The notes beneath the pieces were generated by a model. That model did not search any database. It was not told the origin of the DNA and worked only from the letters and a program-made list of their open reading frames with translations. Source: Hydrolagus affinis (taxonomy: Eukaryota). From it: a stretch of 64,000 bases of DNA. The stretch lies in the NCBI GenBank assembly GCA_012026655.1, contig JAAILG010001047.1, positions 1 to 64,000 of the forward strand, in the 5' to 3' direction. Both the position numbers and the translations under genes were made by a program. Below are positions 60,521-64,000 of the stretch, one piece after another. How positions within the stretch are numbered: position 1 is the stretch's first letter; the number at the start of each line of letters is the position of its first letter.

Positions 60521-61704
60521 CTGTACTGTAGATTGTACATTGACATCACAGAAGAACATTAACTTCATGTCTGCTGCTCACTGCCACACTAAAGCTAACT
60601 GATCTGATCTCATTATTCTGCTCTTACCCTGCACCCTTTAACATTATTTTGCTTCAAATATTTTTCTAATTCTTTTCTAACCTCCCCTTCTTTTCTCATG
60701 ACAATCCTCTGTCTAGATTTTAAATTTGAGATCAAGTAGACTCTTGGAGAATCATTAATTCAGTCTGCTTTTGGGGGATATGTTTCTAGAATATATGAAT
60801 TAAGAGAAACCCAGCTTCCAAGAGGAAAGTGCATTTAAAATAGTGTTCTGAATTTTCTGCCTGAAGTTAAACATTTTGAGACAACTGTCTTAAGGAATAA
60901 GTCAACGAGAAACTCTAGGCATCTGGAACGAAGGAGAATTGGAAACGAACCAAACGAAAGGAGTTGGTAATGACAGATAAATTGTGGAACTAAAATGGCT
61001 CGGATTGAAGACTGAGCCAAGTTATTGTGATGCCATGCGATTGACACAAGGCCTCAATGAGAAATTGTTCTTCAGCTCTGAAGCTGAACCGTAAGGGAAT
61101 CAGGAGCCTCATGTATTTGCTTGGGCGATGATAAAACACTAGCTGTGGAATTTCCTTGCAATTAATTGCAAACTATTCACCTATAAACTTTGGAGAAAGG
61201 TAATGCACTAATCGGTAATCCTTCAGTGCCAGCATCGGGCTGCAGAAAGAGTACAGTGAAAATGGATGCCCATAGTGACAGATCCTGTCAGCACCATTAA
61301 TGGCCCCAAAGCATTGAAGTGCATAGACACCTATATCCGAAGGACAGGCTAGGAGGAATCTCAATACCGTTTAAATGCTACTTTTTGCAGCTCATTTTAA
61401 TTTTGCCTTACACAGTCAAATCCACTTTACAGCATATTCTGAGAAGCGCTTTAAGACGTCTCAACAGCCTGATAAGGCACTATATCAAATCAAATGCAAG
61501 GATTATTAATGTTTTTGCAAGGCCATGAATTTGTTTTAAAATTTTGACTTATCTTTAATAAAGTGGATGGGTGGGGCACAATCACGTGGACTAGGTGACA
61601 ATAAAGAGATGCAAACCAGAAGCCAATTCCTACTGCATGAAGTAAAGCGGTGCTAATATAGTGGTTCTACAGCACCTATTATAATGTAATCTGCATTTGA
61701 AGTG

Positions 61705-61917
61705 GATCCCTCCGCCTCGCACCCTCCCTGGCCTCCGTTAAGTCTCACCTCAAGACTCTCCTATTCGATGGGCTCATCCCCCTCTTCCCTCCCCAGCCCC
61801 CCAACCCCTCTGTCCTCAGCTCGGATCTGAAGCAGTAACTGTCCAGAGCCTTGGGACGTCCACCTGACGTGAAAAGCACTATACAAATGTAATTTTTGTT
61901 GTTGTTTGTTTGTTGTT
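61705..61917 (+). mobile_element. L2 family-A 3' end
   Basis: CTCAAGACTCTCCTATTCGA ... CCTTGGGACGTCCACCTGACGTGAAAAGCACTATACAAATGTAATTT(TTG)n. Confidence 0.85.
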
Positions 61918-62460
61918 GGATACAAATACTCAGTGGCCACAAGATATAGCAGATATGTGTTTATAACCCGCAGGCCTGACTGCAACCAAAACTGTGCCGG
62001 AAAAGGAAATCATGTCATTGATTCGGAAGTGCATTGCAGTGTAGAAAGAAAGAACATTATTTATAGCACCTTATCAAATCAAAATGTCCCAAAACACTTC
62101 ACAGGCAATTGTTGTTAGGTCGACTGATTGTTTTTGTAGCACACTGTATCAGTCATTTGCGCCATGCAAGTTACTACTGACGGTCAAACGATGGGAGTAC
62201 CAAATTAATAATAATAAATAATTGTTTCTGCATTTGACATAGGTCTTTCACATCAGGGAGGATGTCTTCAAAGCTTCACAAGATACATTGTAGAGTGTAG
62301 AGTCTGTGCATTTTGTGACCGAACATGGCAGCCAATGTGCATACAGCAATATCCCACAAACCACCACAAAGTAAATATCCAGTTTTATTTAGGGGATTGT
62401 TGGCCATGAGCCTGGGAAAAACTCCCTTCTCTTTTTGAGCAGTGTCCAGGATCTTTATTA

Positions 62461-62868
62461 CAGTAAAAGGCTTTTTTATACGGCACCCTCAGGACCTGAC
62501 CAGTGCCGGTTTATCAAATATCCCGGATATTTGAGCATTCGGTAAGTTTAATGAGCATATGCGTGGGGAAAACTGTGAAAGCTCAAATTTTACTTTCATT
62601 CCGCAAAAAAGTGCCGCATTTATAGTCAAATTCGCATTCAAAAAGGTCGCGTTCGGCAATGGTTGACTGTATTATTTATTACTATACTAAATGTGTCACC
62701 GTGAGTGTGCCAGATGGCTCAGGTATGAGATCCGGTTGCTGGAATAGTAAATTGTATTGGGTGATGCCGGTTGGTTGAGCATGCCGGTCGGTCGGTCGGT
62801 CGGTCGGTCGGTGGGTGGGTGGGTGGGTGGGTTGGTTGGTTGGTTGCCAGATAACCAAGCTTTTACTG
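62461..62868 (+). mobile_element. 408-bp MITE, longer CAGTAAAAG subfamily
   Basis: TA|CAGTAAAAGGC ... CCAAGCTTTTACTG|TA; contains (GGTC)n(GGGT)n(GGTT)n at 62786-62845. Confidence 0.85.
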
Positions 62869-62872
62869 TATA

Positions 62873-63082
62873 CAGTACAAGCCTGTTTATCCGTGACCCG
62901 ATCAACCGTAACTTCCATATAACTGGTACCTCAAAAAAAAGGTCCGCATTCGATTAACCGGAATTTATCCGGAAAAATGCGTTTTTAAAATTAATTTCTT
63001 GTGTTTTCGGCCAAATATCCGGCACGCACTTTAACCAGCATTGACCAGGTCCCAAGGGTGCCGGATAAACGGGCTTTTACAG
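62873..63082 (-). mobile_element. 210-bp MITE, CAGTAAAAGC family
   Basis: TA|CAGTACAAGCCTGTTTATCCG ... CCGGATAAACGGGCTTTTACAG; reverse of 53555-53776. Confidence 0.88.
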
Positions 63083-64000
63083 AAAGGGACATTGGTTAAA
63101 CATCTCATCTGAAGAACAGTATCTCAAACAAAGCAGCATTCCCCCAATGCTGCAGTGTCAGCCTAGACTGTGAGCTCAAGTGGCGCTTATAGCCACCACC
63201 TTTGACCCAGAGATGAGAGTGGTACAAACTGAGCCAGGCTGTTTCTAACAATAAAGACAAAACTCATTTTATTAAAAGTGGATGCCAGCAATAACATCTC
63301 CCTTTAGGCTCTCTTGAGCCAAAATAAAAGTCATCTGAAGTTCGTCAATGACAAGTAGACTAAGTCATATAATTCAGAATTTTGCTTGTCCAGGGAGGAC
63401 CAATCTACTCTTTAGGGCTTTGGCTTGAAGGGGACTGAGTGGGAAGAATTCCACATTGCTCCTCCAAGTCATACCAATGATCCAGAGCTAGCTGGCATCA
63501 GCAGCTAAGGAACCAGACGTCTGAGACTACCATATCTTCCTGGAACATGCTCAGCCCTAAAATGCCCCTGCTTACTTTTACCTTGCCGGTAAGTGTACGT
63601 GTGTGTGACTGGCTATCGGGTTAGGACAAAATCTGCCTTAGGTGGAATTCCCTCCACGGTGGGACACTCTGTCTCAATTTACACAAGCAATAAATAAGGC
63701 CAAAACGCTTTGAGAATATCCTCCCGATGTGAACGGAGCTAATAAAAAAGGTAAATTGTATCGTAAGTACCAGAGGGCAGCCAAATGGAACTGCTATCCA
63801 CAATAACGTACAGAAGAGGAGGTAGAGAGAAAATAGCAAGAAGAGACTTGGCTTAGAATGGAGTTTATTGAGGAATGGATGCAAATATGATGTTGGAGTA
63901 TAAACTGGAAATTGAACATTGAATGTTATGGCATAACACAATAAGTCCTGTATCCTTCCAACAAAGTGTTTGAGTGATTATTTGAAATGTAAATGTGGTA

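Larger units (their letters stand above)
62208..63236 (-). mobile_element. Deu-type SINE split by two MITEs
   Basis: 3' part 62208-62458 and 5' part 63083-63236 are collinear with 43594-43985. Confidence 0.78.

Noticed and set aside
60835-61364. ORFs with HH...GSFP or AG/GT-bounded 168-nt segment as LTBP1L exon candidates
   Set aside because: No convincing similarity; the first lacks a donor and the second has no recognisable LTBP sequence. Long-form exons probably lie beyond 64000.
535-63760. Recurring 60-bp hairpin motif as a CRISPR-like array or terminators
   Set aside because: Copies are dispersed, on both strands, irregularly spaced and attached to LINE/SINE bodies in a vertebrate intron.
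535-63760. Strand bias of LINE/SINE insertions relative to LTBP1
   Set aside because: A rough count shows both orientations well represented; no clear bias.

Overview
Eukaryotic (vertebrate) genomic DNA, not prokaryotic. The repeat landscape (L2 and CR1 LINE fragments, tRNA-headed and Deu-domain SINEs) points to a cartilaginous fish, possibly a chimaera; this is inference. The window lies inside one gene, LTBP1 (latent TGF-beta binding protein 1), on the minus strand. Seven coding exons join with canonical AG/GT sites and matching phases: 49724-49499, 31732-31499, 30618-30341, 27627-27525, 15481-15404, 7485-7372 and 4730-4566 (1198 nt, 399 codons + 1 nt). They encode signal peptide, 4-Cys, EGF, hybrid, linker, cbEGF and first TB domain; the gene continues past the left edge. 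The first exon is the start of the short isoform (LTBP1S), and its signal-peptide codons also form a splice acceptor for a presumed long isoform. The rest is intron dense in mobile DNA: L2 (two families), CR1, several SINE architectures, Tc1/mariner-type MITEs, a hAT MITE, a small Helitron and two foldback elements, plus one 100-N gap. Nearly all supplied ORFs are spurious or repeat-derived. I found no new gene system. The most unusual pattern centres on L2 3' ends: a stem-loop shared with compensatory changes across three families, 50-61 bp insertions with target-site duplications (one with a filled/empty site pair in the window), and repeated local fold-back duplications that create 79-88 nt hairpins inside LTBP1 introns. 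Comparisons with human LTBP1 and repeat consensus sequences are from memory and need database confirmation; repeat boundaries are approximate unless termini are quoted.
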